Below, one piece after another: positions 40,201 to 52,350 of a DNA stretch of 64,000 nucleotides; the stretch's first letter is position 1; each line of letters opens with the position of its first letter. Both the position numbers and the translations under genes were made by a program. The DNA comes from Paragordius varius. Its lineage: Eukaryota; Animalia; Nematomorpha. Under the pieces are notes generated by a model. That model was not told where the DNA came from, made no database searches, and was given only the letters and a program-made list of their open reading frames with translations. The stretch is from contig OZ176051.1 in NCBI GenBank assembly GCA_964247055.1, positions 3,534,001-3,598,000 of the forward strand, given 5' to 3'.

Positions 40201-43200
40201 TCGAAAAACACACATATATAAAAAATATTTTTTACAAGCTAAATGAAATATTTTAATCGCATGCAATTTTAAAACCCACATAAATTACATAAAAGCGAAA
40301 TAATATAATTTGCGACTAAATTGACCTAAATATGTAAAAATAAAATTTATAGTGCTTAATACCCATTTAAATACATGAGATGCGAAGTTATAAAAAAAGC
40401 CCTGCCAACAAACAATACATTTGAAACAGACATGACAAATTTATACATATAGGATAGAGTATAGTGATAGACAGACAACTTACTTAAGTCTCCGCATTAT
40501 AACACGCAATCTAAATATTTGAACACATCAAATGTACAACAGGAAATTCGGTGTTTACGAATTTTAAAAAAAATAGTTAAATGTTATATCTTTTGTGTCT
40601 AATCCAAATTTCGTAATTTCGGAACTTTTTTAATTAAATAAAAAAAATTGATTTGTATTTTTCCCACTTTCACAACTTTAAATTCTTACTTTTTTATTAG
40701 AATTAATTTTTAAAACTGGAATTTTTTATAGTGGCATAAATAAGACTCTATATATGTAATTTGGTAATTATTTACATGGTATCTAATCCACAAAAACAAT
40801 AGAAACAAAATTGTTTGTTAAAATTTTTAAAAAAGCCAAAACTGAAACCACAGACAAAATTTGATGACTTTATAGAGAGTAACAAAAACGTCCTAATTCC
40901 AAACTCCGCATTTTATATAAATTAATTAATTGTATACGGATTAAATCCGTTGGGGAAATAGTAATTAAGTGCTTGTGGATAATTCGCTGCAATCATTTTG
41001 TAATAATTGGCATAATAAGTTTGCGTCATGGCCTGATATTGTTTCCAATATTCCTGGGGGTTATTAGGGTTAGAGTTAAGGTTAGATTGTGTCATGTTCG
41101 CAACAGAGCCCCCCATTCCGCCCATCATAAACGGTGGCATGCCTAAAATATCAAATATTTTATATTTATGGTACATATGATATATTGTAGTGTTATGCGG
41201 TGTCGCAAAATACCGAATTTCAGAATTAAATTTGGGTAAAAGTGTGAGTAAATGTTTAACATTAATATAAAATTCAAAATGATATCATATCACTCTGAGT
41301 CCTTCTAACTAAAATAACTTGAGAATTTCTCTACCTACCAAGTTAATTTTACTTAAAAAATATAGAAAATCTGTGAGTAAACATTCGTAAAACATAATAT
41401 GTATATTAAGGTATATATAATTTGGAAAATTATGAATAAAAATCAAACCCATAAACGCCGGATTAGCAGTCATATTCATGTTTTGTTGGCTGACGTCAGC
41501 TGCTTGCTTTTGTTTTCGACCTTTTAGAAAAAATCAATATTTTAATCCTTTAGCTTTGGAAATATTTTTTGTAATCGTTAAATAAAATCTTAAATTACCT
41601 TCTTTAGATCCCTTCTTTTCACCGATAGGTTTGTAATAAGGTCCTTGATCTATTAGGTGTTGATAAACATATTTGGCAAAAATCAGAAAAATTATGTGAT
41701 TATAAAACTTTTCCAACTGCTTAGTCTCATTAATAATATGCCTATGTTTACATTATAAAATCCAAATAGTAAAATATATAAGAATATAAAACTATTAAAA
41801 GGTTTTATTTAGCTTTATTACGCCAAAAAATATTAGACACGTAAAAATCTTATATCTGGCGTGGCTATAACTCTTAATGGCATCACTGTTATGAAAGAAT
41901 ATTGAAAAAAAACTAACTAAGATGAAAAATACATTAATATAACTTGGTTAATGTTATAATCTAATCAATTTATGCTGAGATATTATTAAACATTAATAAT
42001 TAACTGATATTGAAACAAAATTATTGTGTTAATAGTAGATATTGGCTATGTAATAATTCCAAATAAATAAAATTAATTGAAATAAACCCTGTGCTTTAGG
42101 TTGAACTGGGATATTACTGTTTGAGCTTGTAATGTTTATACCAGCCTGGGGTTTTTCTTTCAAATTTTGAGCTTTTTGTGAATTAGTTACATGAGATGAG
42201 GAAGAGAATGAATCTTGACGGTTATTATAATAGGATGGATTGCGACGTTGCTTATCATTTGGATTGTCAAAATATCTGAGTGTATGTAATAAACAAAGTA
42301 GTTTGATAGATACATTTCATGATTAAGTAAATAATTTAAAAGTGATAAATAGAATTAAAGTAAATTAATTACCGATTTTGATCATTTCTATAATTTCTCT
42401 CATAATTTTCATTATGTCCGGATGATCTTAAATAGATTGCATCAAAAGGTGGTCTATTATTAGCTCTTACATCATTCTGTTTCCTATATTCATTCTGGTA
42501 ATGCGCTTGGCTATTATTAAAGTGTTGCTGAGTTGGATAATACTGTTTACCACTACTGTTATGATAATTATTATCTCCATCATAATATCGATTACTTTTA
42601 TTATCAAAATAAAAATTATTTGTGGGGGCCTTATTGTTTTTCCTCTGATTTATACCATAAGCATAGGCTCTATCATCAGGAGGGTAGTAGGGTTTTCGAG
42701 AGCTAAAATTTTTATAATCTATTATAGACTAAAAATTCAAAGCCCCTTTTTTAAATAATGTTTTAAAAGCTTGCCCATACATTTTCTCTTTTTGTGTAAA
42801 ACAATTTTTTGTTTTGTCTTCAATATTAATTGTGTCAACGCTGTTTTTTTACAAATTAAATACACGTAAAAAGACTATATTAATATTAGGCTACATAATT
42901 AGAGTGAAACACACCTTATGTGTAGTTTTTAAAAAAACAGTGTTTGCATGATTTGTATACAGATTAGTAATGGTAAGTGATATTTCTATATAATATCTAG
43001 CTTCTCCTCGTAAAAATTTTTGTGCGGCCCTTTGCTTTTCACAAATCAAAGTTTGACAATATATAATATTTAAATTAAGTAGGACAATGCATATCAGCCA
43101 TGTATAATAGGAATTTCCGAAAGAATAAAACCACATACCTGGCAAAACTCGTATTAAAGTAATTGTTTTCCACATCAGTGTAAGTTTCTTCAGGTCTTAC

Positions 43201-45723
43201 TCTGCGTGTTTGATTGCAACGCAAATCCCTCCCTCCTTCGCCATAATAATCATCGTTGGCCCCCCCACGTCTTGAATACTTTAAAAAAAAATGTGATAAA
43301 AATAAAAAATATATAATCACAAATATTTTTCAAAACCTAATTTTTTTGTTGATAAAAACAGGAAAAGTTTCAGAATTTATGAGATTAAGGTTAAAAAAAT
43401 GTATTATTTTGTAAAATTTATTTCATAAGGTCCGTTTTAATAAATTAAAACTTTACTTGTTTTATTAAAATAATTTATGTAAAATTCGTATGATAAGATT
43501 TTCTTGTTTTCAGCCCACTCATAAAATAGAGATGTAGATTGGTAACACGCATGATTTTTGATGGATAATTAAAATAGGACAATTTTGTATAACGAATACC
43601 CTATTTTTAAAATCTTAATTGATTTACTGTGCCAAATATGTATAGAGATGTGGGTTGAACTTAATGTATATTTCACAATCATATCTTAAGGATATCAAAT
43701 GTAAAATTTGATAGTTATAAAAAATATTTTGAACTATTTTACGTTTAATCGTCGAAACAGTTTTAGATCTCGTTCATAATTTTTGAGTTTTCGCTTTTAC
43801 TTTTTATAGTTTCAGTAAAAAATCGCATATATTTAATAAATACCCTTTTGTATATTTAATTTAAAATGCATCTCAGAAAAATTGGTAAAATACCCAAAGA
43901 AAAAAAAACTATCTTAAATAAAAGTAAGAACAGAAAATATAAAATTTAAACCATGTCAGAATCCCGTCTACCATCTCTGCCATATGATCTGAATTCATCT
44001 TTTCCATGATAATAGTCACGATCATCGACCCATTCTCTTTTAGGGGATCGGCTAATAAATTAAATTTTACAAATATATTTAAAGTATATTGATTATATGA
44101 TTGGGATCTTTTTTAATTTATTTTTGGCTTATTATGAGGCTTACAAACTACATATACCATAATATGTTTGTGGGCTACATTAAACTTTAATGATATAACC
44201 TAAAAACTAGAAGCTTATGTAAAAAAAGTCTATTATGATAAACAATAGTTAATATATCTTATCACATATATCACAAATGATACGAATGTAAAAGAAATAA
44301 AATACTGGTATTTATTCCGTCGTCCGCCCGCCATAGAACGATGATCAAATTCAACGTCAGTGTTATAGGCAATGCTTTCGTTTGCGCGAACCGAAGCTGC
44401 AACTGAACCCTCTCGAGAATCGGGAAAATATCGCTGATACCTTTTGCATTTCGCATAAAAATAAGTAAAGTATCTTTCTTTTGACCCAAAAAGTATTTGG
44501 CAAGCATAATCAGTAATAATCTTTTCAAGTTAAACTTTTAAATAGAAGATTTGGAAAAATATACAAACTCCCTTTGTGACAGGAAATAGAAGATTTGGAA
44601 AAATATACAAACTCCCTTTGTGACAGGTGTATAACACATTTTTTGCTTAGCCACTGTGATCTTATTAAAATTGATATAAACGAGTTAATTTAGGGTAAAT
44701 ATATTTTCATACTATGGGTATATGTAATGTGGTAATATGTTAATTTATATTCAGATCCCTAAGAGACAAAACTAAAAATATTAAAAAATTAATAAAGTGG
44801 AGTAAATGCGATTAACCCAACAAAATATATTGTTTATAACACTATTTAGCCAAATCATACATTCAAATTTTATGGTATTTGACATTAAAAAGGCTTATTC
44901 GTTCCAAATATGTATGATTAAATATTAAAGGTAAAACCTTAAACTAACCTGGATCTCCGTCGGCCCTGACTAGCATATAAACTAGGTTGGCCATCTGGCT
45001 CCTTATATGCCAAGGTATTATTGTTTAAGTTGTTTGTGTAAGGTTGATAAAATTTTGTAGGCATATCAATGCATTCTCTACTGTTTATAAATTCATTGGC
45101 TGCATGCATTGTGCGCTTACTTTGTAAAACATTGCGGTCTTGCGTTTGTTTTGAGTGCATTGGGATGTAAAGAGAAGCATCTGATACAAGACTATCATTA
45201 TCATCCGAAAATCGATCGGGGATGGGATGTCTATATAATTTATATAAAACTATATGCGCTAACCTGTGGGAATAATTGCTAGTGTTGGGAACTATTTGAT
45301 GAGTATCCTTATTAATTTCGTTAATTATATTATCTTGATTTTGTAATTGCTTCATATCAGTGTTTGATTCATTTGTTTTTGTGTCATGTTCCACAATATC
45401 AGGAGTAGATTGTTTTATAATAGTGTCCAAAGGAGGTAAATTTTCAGAGATTTGGTTAATATATAATTCATCACCATGAACATTATCATTTAAGGTAATA
45501 TCATGTAATTCTCCGAAATTTTGATAGGTCTAAATTAATATTATTTGCAAACCTGGCTGTTTGAGTCATTTGCAATTTCTCTAGCTTCATCTACAAAACT
45601 ACCAAGTTCCTCATCATCCCACCCTTCTATTTTAACTTGTCCTTGATTATTCATATTAATGTCATATCTTAGAGGATCGTGGTGGGGTGTATCGTTGAAA
45701 ACATTAGGGATGTTATTATGCAT
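31276..45723 (-). CDS. SEC16: Protein transport protein Sec16 (ER exit site scaffold), multi-exon
   Basis: Exons encode RHACARFLG, QAFPGPLTK/TNTHKDVI, YLCMAVKQNG, FQTLLLAGQQK, RDPILTFF, WYGHLAMMLAN, ASHFCYII, ITELWEY...FQPYKFYY, then C-terminal RWFGGII..EMILPDDSKKT/IVWNAEKKRW and GRNYVDIF before the stop at 31276. The low-complexity N-terminal exons and start (ATG 45723) are inferred; not every exon was mapped. Confidence 0.88.
34606..35120. mobile_element. Foldback MITE, ~225 bp inverted arms, TA flanks, in a SEC16 intron
   Basis: ta|acagttgttaaaatccgta...tacggattttaacaactgt|ta; arms pair inward to ~34830/34895. Confidence 0.85.
36026..36557. mobile_element. MITE with CCATTTACAGTTCAA TIRs and ~22 bp subterminal tandem repeats
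   Basis: tata|ccatttacagttcaa...ttgaactgtaaatgg|tata; repeats of ttgaacaattcaaattcaccc; related pieces at 61325-61419, 62160-62430 and 3330-3365. Confidence 0.75.
39401..39586. mobile_element. Tc1/mariner-type MITE in a SEC16 intron
   Basis: TA|CAGTATGAGTAAGTATATATT...AATATATACTTACGCATACTG|TA with ~47 bp imperfect TIRs. Confidence 0.8.
44540..44627. repeat. Exact 44 bp tandem duplication (intronic)
   Basis: aaatagaagatttggaaaaatatacaaactccctttgtgacagg occurs twice. Confidence 0.9.
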
Positions 45724-46112
45724 AATTTTAATGAGACGACCATATGATAAGGGTAAAATGTGGCTATGTGTCAGGAGTATAACCACATGTTAGCAACCTA
45801 TATACTGAATAGAATGCAGGTTGCAAAAAAAGGTAAACTCATTTAAATTTTTAAGTCTTTATCATGCACCGAGAGGGACTGAGGTGTTTTTTGAAGTATT
45901 TAGTTGGCCTAGCACCTTTAAAAAAGAGTTTTTGATAAAACTTTTAAAATTTTGAGTTAAAGTTAGTTTAAAAAAGTGTTTAGATTCATATCATTAAAAG
46001 CTTTTCATTTATTAAAAATGAGCCAAAGGTGTTTTTAAATCAATACAATTAAAATTTGGGAATTTTTAACACTTACACGTCTCAAATCAGGGGTATAGCA
46101 AAATGTCCGGAT

Positions 46113-46143
<31 letters not shown>

Positions 46144-46361
46144 TCTGATAAAAAATGCAATAGAATTACATATTGATTTGGTCTTTATGATTAATTTAAG
46201 AAAGTTATTCACACTTTTTTGGTAGCATATCAGAAAAATGGCAGAAAAGCGCACATTTTTTAAATTTATGGTGTAAGTGCTTCATTCCAAGATATATCAC
46301 CAAAACATATCACAAACTAAATATAAAAAGGAAATCAATGTTTTTGAAAATAATATTTTAA

Positions 46362-46960
46362 GATGTGGGCTCCAAAAGTACCAAATTTTTTCGCTCATTT
46401 AAAATGGGCGAATTCTCTTAACATAAATGCAAAAATTCCGAGATTGATCGAAAATTATTTCCTAAATTTTGACAACAATGGATACTTTTTCGAAAAATTA
46501 AAGTTTAGCAAAATTATATTGCGTTCTTCCTACAAACGCTTTAAGATATTATAGAAACACTTTCAAATAATTTGATAATACTAAACATTTTTATTTCAGA
46601 ATTTTAAATGAAATATTCGTTGGTCTTCAAATTTTGTTTGATGTGTTTTTTTACATATTCACCACAGTTTTAAAGCAAATGAAGATTTAAAATGTGAAGC
46701 GATAGAGTTCAGCATCATCTATTTGTTGAACCAATATTTCCATAGGTAAGCGATTTTATACCGTTTCCATCATGCCTAAAAATAGTATGAAGTGTGCCTC
46801 AACAATATTTGCTAATTAACTTTTAGCAAATAATTAAAAATTATTTTTGACATAATTGTTAATTATAATATTATATCGTGGCAATCTCGGGATTTTTGCA
46901 TAAATTGGACAAATAGTTTATTTTTAAGCGAAAAAATTTGGGACTTTGGGAGCCCACATC
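46362..46960. mobile_element. TTAA-flanked MITE (Kolobok-like termini)
   Basis: ttaa|GATGTGGGCTCC...GGAGCCCACATC|ttaa with ~33 bp imperfect TIRs; a TIR-like fragment at ~6785-6815. Superfamily call rests only on TTAA plus RR termini. Confidence 0.7.
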
Positions 46961-47734
46961 TTAAATTAAAAAATAGTTGCGTTTCATATGTAGTTTATAA
47001 TATATTTAAGTGATATTTTTTAAGGAAGTATTTAACTTTCACCAAAAAATTATAGACCAGATATTTTGAACCCTGGTGAATTAAAATATACTTTGCATAT
47101 TATTATATTAGATTTTGGTTGCGGTTTATCAGATGATATAGTACTTACTTTTATATTTATATAATTAAAGGGTAATTAATCTATTTAATACAAATTTAAA
47201 AGCAGTACAAAAGTCAAGGTACAGGTACAGTATTTTTCAAAAACCCAGTACTGTACTGCGAAAAACAGCCTATCTGGTCACATTACCAAAAAAGATTTTA
47301 CAAAAAATGTGCGCAAATTTTGCTATTTTTGAAGCACCTAGGACAAAAGTGTAAATAACTTTCTTATATTAGTCGTAATGACCAGAAACAAAAGCACTAT
47401 GATAACCTTTATTTTTCTATCAGAATATACAAATTTAATCGGGTATTTTTATACCCACTGATTTTAAACGCAGTATATATGGGCATTAAGAGAAATGTAA
47501 TTTCTCCGTGTTAGGTTTTTAAAAGCAATATTTAATTTTAAATGACCGTACCAGCGTTATATTTCTTCCTCAAAGTAATGTGAAAGGTCTATGTCGAGTC
47601 AAATGTGGAGTTTATTTTAATATACTATCTTTTAGTGCCATATAAATGCTCATTTTCTTCTAAATGATTTATACTATTAAGGTAGATCAATTTTAAAGAT
47701 TTTAGACATCAAAAAGTGTCGATGTGTTCTTCCC

Positions 47735-47902
47735 AGACAATGGGTGGGGTGATAAAAAAATTTTTTGACTTTTACAAGTTTTTCAAGTCATGGCTTGCTT
47801 TCATGTGATAAAAAAATAAGTCAAGCAAGAAAACTTGAACAGATGGTGATAAAAAATCATATGATTAAGAAAAACTTGAAGATATTGCAAGTGTGGTATA
47901 TG
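47735..47902. mobile_element. MITE X terminal fragment
   Basis: Reverse-complement match to 30450-30634; ends at the hAT terminus at 47903. Confidence 0.75.
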
Positions 47903-50900
47903 TAAGGTTACCAGACGTCCCGCCTTTGGTTGGACAGTCCCGCTTTTTCACACTTTGTCCCGCGTCCCGCTACGTTTTCAAAATGTGCCGCTTTTTCATG
48001 ATTATATAAAAAAAAATTTAATACAAATAAATTTTATATCATTAAATATCTTTAAAATCAATATAAATTTAAAATTAAAATTTTTTATTTTTAAATTAAA
48101 AATATTTATTTTTTTTCGAATTTATATGATTATACACTTTCCTTCCTACTAATACTGTCATCATTATCAAAAAGCCAAGTTAATACCACAAATCTTTAGA
48201 TTAAAAGACAAATTGATACCACAAATCGGTACCTTACACGTTTATTCCATAAAATTAAGGTAATATAATATTTATAATACTTATATTTTAGTTTTATTAC
48301 TTGCCAACATTATTCAAATAAATACCACAAATCGGTAGCTTAAAAGACAAATTGATACCACAAATCGGTACCTTACACGTTTATTCCAGAAAATTAAGGT
48401 AATATAATATTTATTATACTAATAGTAGTTTATAAATATGAGCACAAAAAGATGTTGTAAATTCAACAATGAATTAAGTTTTTCCTATTATCAAAAAAAC
48501 GAAGAATGAATCATCTGTTAAATGTCTTATATGCGAGGGGGAATTCACCCTAGCACATGGCAGCAAGCATGATATTACCAAGCATATGGAAACACAGAAA
48601 TATAAAAAATGTTTAGATATGGCGGCATCATCTTACAAAATGAGCCATTTTTTTGAGAGGAATTTCACGCCGTTAATCACAATCATTCCTTTAGATCTAT
48701 AGACTGTACCTCACAGTTTATTCGCACGTTATTCCATAAAAAATTTACATGTGCCGTACAAAGGGTGAAGCCATTGTGTGCAATGTCCTTTCGCCACATG
48801 CATTTTCTGAAATACAAAATTTGCTGAAAATTAATTGCTTATCCCTATACTCTGCTGCATCAAATCACCATGAAACACAATTATTTCCCATTTTAATAAG
48901 ATATTTTGATTCCGAAACCTTTTTATATAAATTAAAAGATAATCTTAATCAAAACATTATTGGCGTTGTGCGTGCAGCGCATATAATACACAACGCTATT
49001 CAAACAGCTGCTGATTTGTTACCCCTAGATGTGGAAAATGTAGTTGTTAAAATATATTTCTTTTTATTACACGGTACGTGTTGAAACGCTTGAATTCTGT
49101 GAAAATGCAGAAGTTCAATATCAAAAAATGCTTGGATATTGTAAAACTCGTTGGTTAGCTTTTATGCCAGGCAAGAATTCTAAAAATGTATGATCCTTCT
49201 TTTTTCACTCTTCAAAAATATGGTCAGAATTCTTACATAATCAAGCTTCTCTCTTTCAAAATGTTATTAAATTTATAGAAGGTGACAAAATTTCGGCAAT
49301 CGTCAATGAAGTTAGTAACCGAAAATTCCAATGTCAAGAACGGTTAGAAAATAATTTGCAATATAATAAATAATTTAGAAAAACAAGGCTTAATAAATAG
49401 CCAAGATATCCTGTGCCATATAAAAATGTTTTATACAAACTTTAATTATTTGGAAGACTGGATGACGCAATTCAATGAAATTGATCATTTTCATTGGATA
49501 ACATTAAAATCAGAATTTAATTTTAGCGATGTTAAAAAATCATTTGATTATATCTGCTCCCAAAAATTCTCAAAAAGTAATCTTTCAGAAAATTATCTTT
49601 TTCTGAAATATCATTAGCTAAAAGATAAATTTATAATGAAAAACTTAAATTATGGACCAAAGAAAAATATACAGTAGAAAATAAATGGTTGGAAATATTT
49701 CATCATTTTGAAGCGAACTATATTACATATAATATTTTAAAAATTGTGGAATTCGCACTATCTTTACCTGGAACCAACGCTGCTACTGAGTGCGTTTTTC
49801 CTACAGTAAATCAGGTGTGGACATCGGAAAAATCAACTTAAATGTTAAAACTTTAAAGACCGTTTTATCTGTCAAATATAATTTGACAAATTCTTGTGAA
49901 GACTTATACAATATTTTGAAAAATGATAACAATCTGCTAAAATGCATTCCCCTAAACAAAAAATCCAAAGAATAAAATATTTTATTTAAAGTTTTTGGGT
50001 TAAAAAACAAACAAAATTACTTAAATATTGTATAAGTCTTCATAATTTGTCAAATTATATTTAAACACATAAAATTGCTTTTATTCAACAATTAAATTTG
50101 ATTCCGTGTCCTTACCTAATTTACTGTAAAAAACGCGTTCAATGCAGTGGTTCAGGTAAAGATAATGCAAATTCTACAATTAAAATATTATTGTATGGAA
50201 CATTATTTGTTTAAAAATAACCATTTCTATCCTACGTATTTTTTTCTGTTGTCCATAATATAAGTTTTCATTCAATATATTTATTTAGTAATGAGACTTC
50301 ATAAAAAAGTGTCATTGTGCACCGTCTTGTCTTCCAAATAATCGTTTCTGTTTGTGTAAAACATTCTTGTTTTTCTGGATGCTTATAATATTGCGATTAG
50401 ATAAAGGTATAAAATTATTTTCTAACCTTTTTTGACTAATTTTGACCTTTGTCCTGAGATAAAAAAATAGGATTCTAGGAGATTATATTTTTATAAATAT
50501 TTCAATCGCTGGCAAAAGAGCCAACTAACAGTTCTACAATATCCAAGGATTTTAACATCCATATTTTCCACATCCAGGGGTAACAAATCAATAGCTGTTT
50601 GAATAGCGTTGTGTATCTGTCAATAATGTTTTGATTAAAATTATTCGCTAAATTGTTAAAAATATTTTTTGTGCCGCTTCTTGCATCACCCAGCGCACTT
50701 TGTGATGATTTCGTCTTTATTTTTTTTCTAGAATATTACAATCACTTCACCCTTTGTTCGTGCACATGTAAATTTATTGAATAAGGTACAAACAACCTGT
50801 GAGGTACTATTTTTTTATATTTATAATGTATTTGTGTTAAAAATAAATAAATGTTACAATAAATTTTTTGTATAAAAATTTTTGGTTGTACCCCTCAATG

Positions 50901-50961
50901 ACCCCCCCACCCCCTTCTCAGATTTGTCCCGCTTTTTCCTTTAAAAAATCTGGTCACCGTA
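47903..50961 (+). mobile_element. hAT (Blackjack-like) element, decayed transposase, rearranged
   Basis: Ends TAAGGTTACCAGA / TCTGGTCACCGTA. BED finger VKCLICEGEFTLAHGSKHDITKH (~48520) and dimerisation motif LSLPGTNAATECVFSTVNQVWTSEK (~49760-49830), with frameshifts. Inverted partial transposase at 50025-50806; flanks do not form a TSD. Confidence 0.85.
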
Positions 50962-52350
50962 ACCATATAATACCGATAAACATTTTAAAGCTATCGGACA
51001 CATTATATATTTATACTCCAAAAAAGTAATGAAAACTAGTAGTTTAGAAGCATAAAAGCATTTCTAGGGCCGCATGCGGCCGGTGATTAATGATTTAAAT
51101 ACTAGTCTTCTAGAGTCTAAAATTTAGATAGCGCCCAAATATAAATTATATAAACAGCGGATAGAATTAATAATTACAAAAAATTCTTTTAAAATAAATG
51201 TATTTAAAAGTTAAAAAAATTATTTTTAACCGAAATCCATGTTTCTTTAAAAATTTGGTGGCAGAAAGTTAGACATAAGAATTTTTTCAATCTAAGATAA
51301 TATTTTTGTAAATGCACCCATAATATGCATTATTTTAAATTGAATGATAACCAAAATTATATACGCTGAATCTAAATTCACTCCAAACAATATTATTCTA
51401 TAATCCTTTAAAGGTTAACTACACCGAAATCATAAACCTTTACGATAGACTCCTCAACACCATAAACAATGTTATCTGATGCACGCGATGTTGAACGGCA
51501 CAAGAAGACATGCATATTAGTAAAATGTTGAAAAATTATTCTATAGAAGTGGGAGCCGAATCCGGTAGAACCTATATTACATGGTTCAGTACAATAGCAA
51601 AAGCGCTCAATTTAAATAAAGAATTAGTAGCTCAAGATTAAAAACACTCTCATGTGTATACCGCTTATCAGTGGCGAATCCCCATTAAAAAGAAATTGAA
51701 TAAATTGTTTTAATATTAAATTTAAAATAACTCTAGGGTAGTATTCAAGTGTTATCAAGATAATAATATATTATTATAAATATAAATTTTTTTTGTTATG
51801 AATTTAAATTCTCGAAATATCTCATATATGTTAAATAATTATGGGATAAATTCCAAAGTATTACTATGTAAAATGTGTTAGGCAATAGTTTAACGCTACA
51901 AAGTTATGAGCTATACTAATATAAATGCAAGTGCGCGATATTTTTAAAATATTTGCTAAATTTTTAAATCGATTTATTTAAAAAACGATATTTTGCAATA
52001 ACCTTTAAGGAATTTAAAACATTTTTATCTAATCCGATTATATTTCCATATGACTCAATGATCACAAAATTGGTTTATCTCAAGATTTAAAATCTAATTG
52101 TTACATATCATGTGGATAATATATTCATAATTTATAATAACACTGTGGTTTTATATAGTGAAAAAAGCAATAATAATTACGATAATTTATTATAAGGGTT
52201 TTCTTTTCATACTATCACGTTTATATAATTGTAAAAGTATTATGTACATATTATATGAGACGACGGGTGTTTAAAAAGATATATGTATGTTTGATACTTT
52301 CTGGCAACAAATAAAATAAATAGAAAACAAAAAATAATTCATAAAGCACA

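Noticed and set aside
42501-42758. Membrane-protein-like plus-strand ORF
   Set aside because: Antisense to an Asn/Tyr-rich SEC16 exon.
51430-51640. Plus-strand coding-like stretch (AQEDMHISKMLKNYSIEVG), faintly glycosyltransferase-like
   Set aside because: Interrupted by stops, no start or splice support, similarity too weak.
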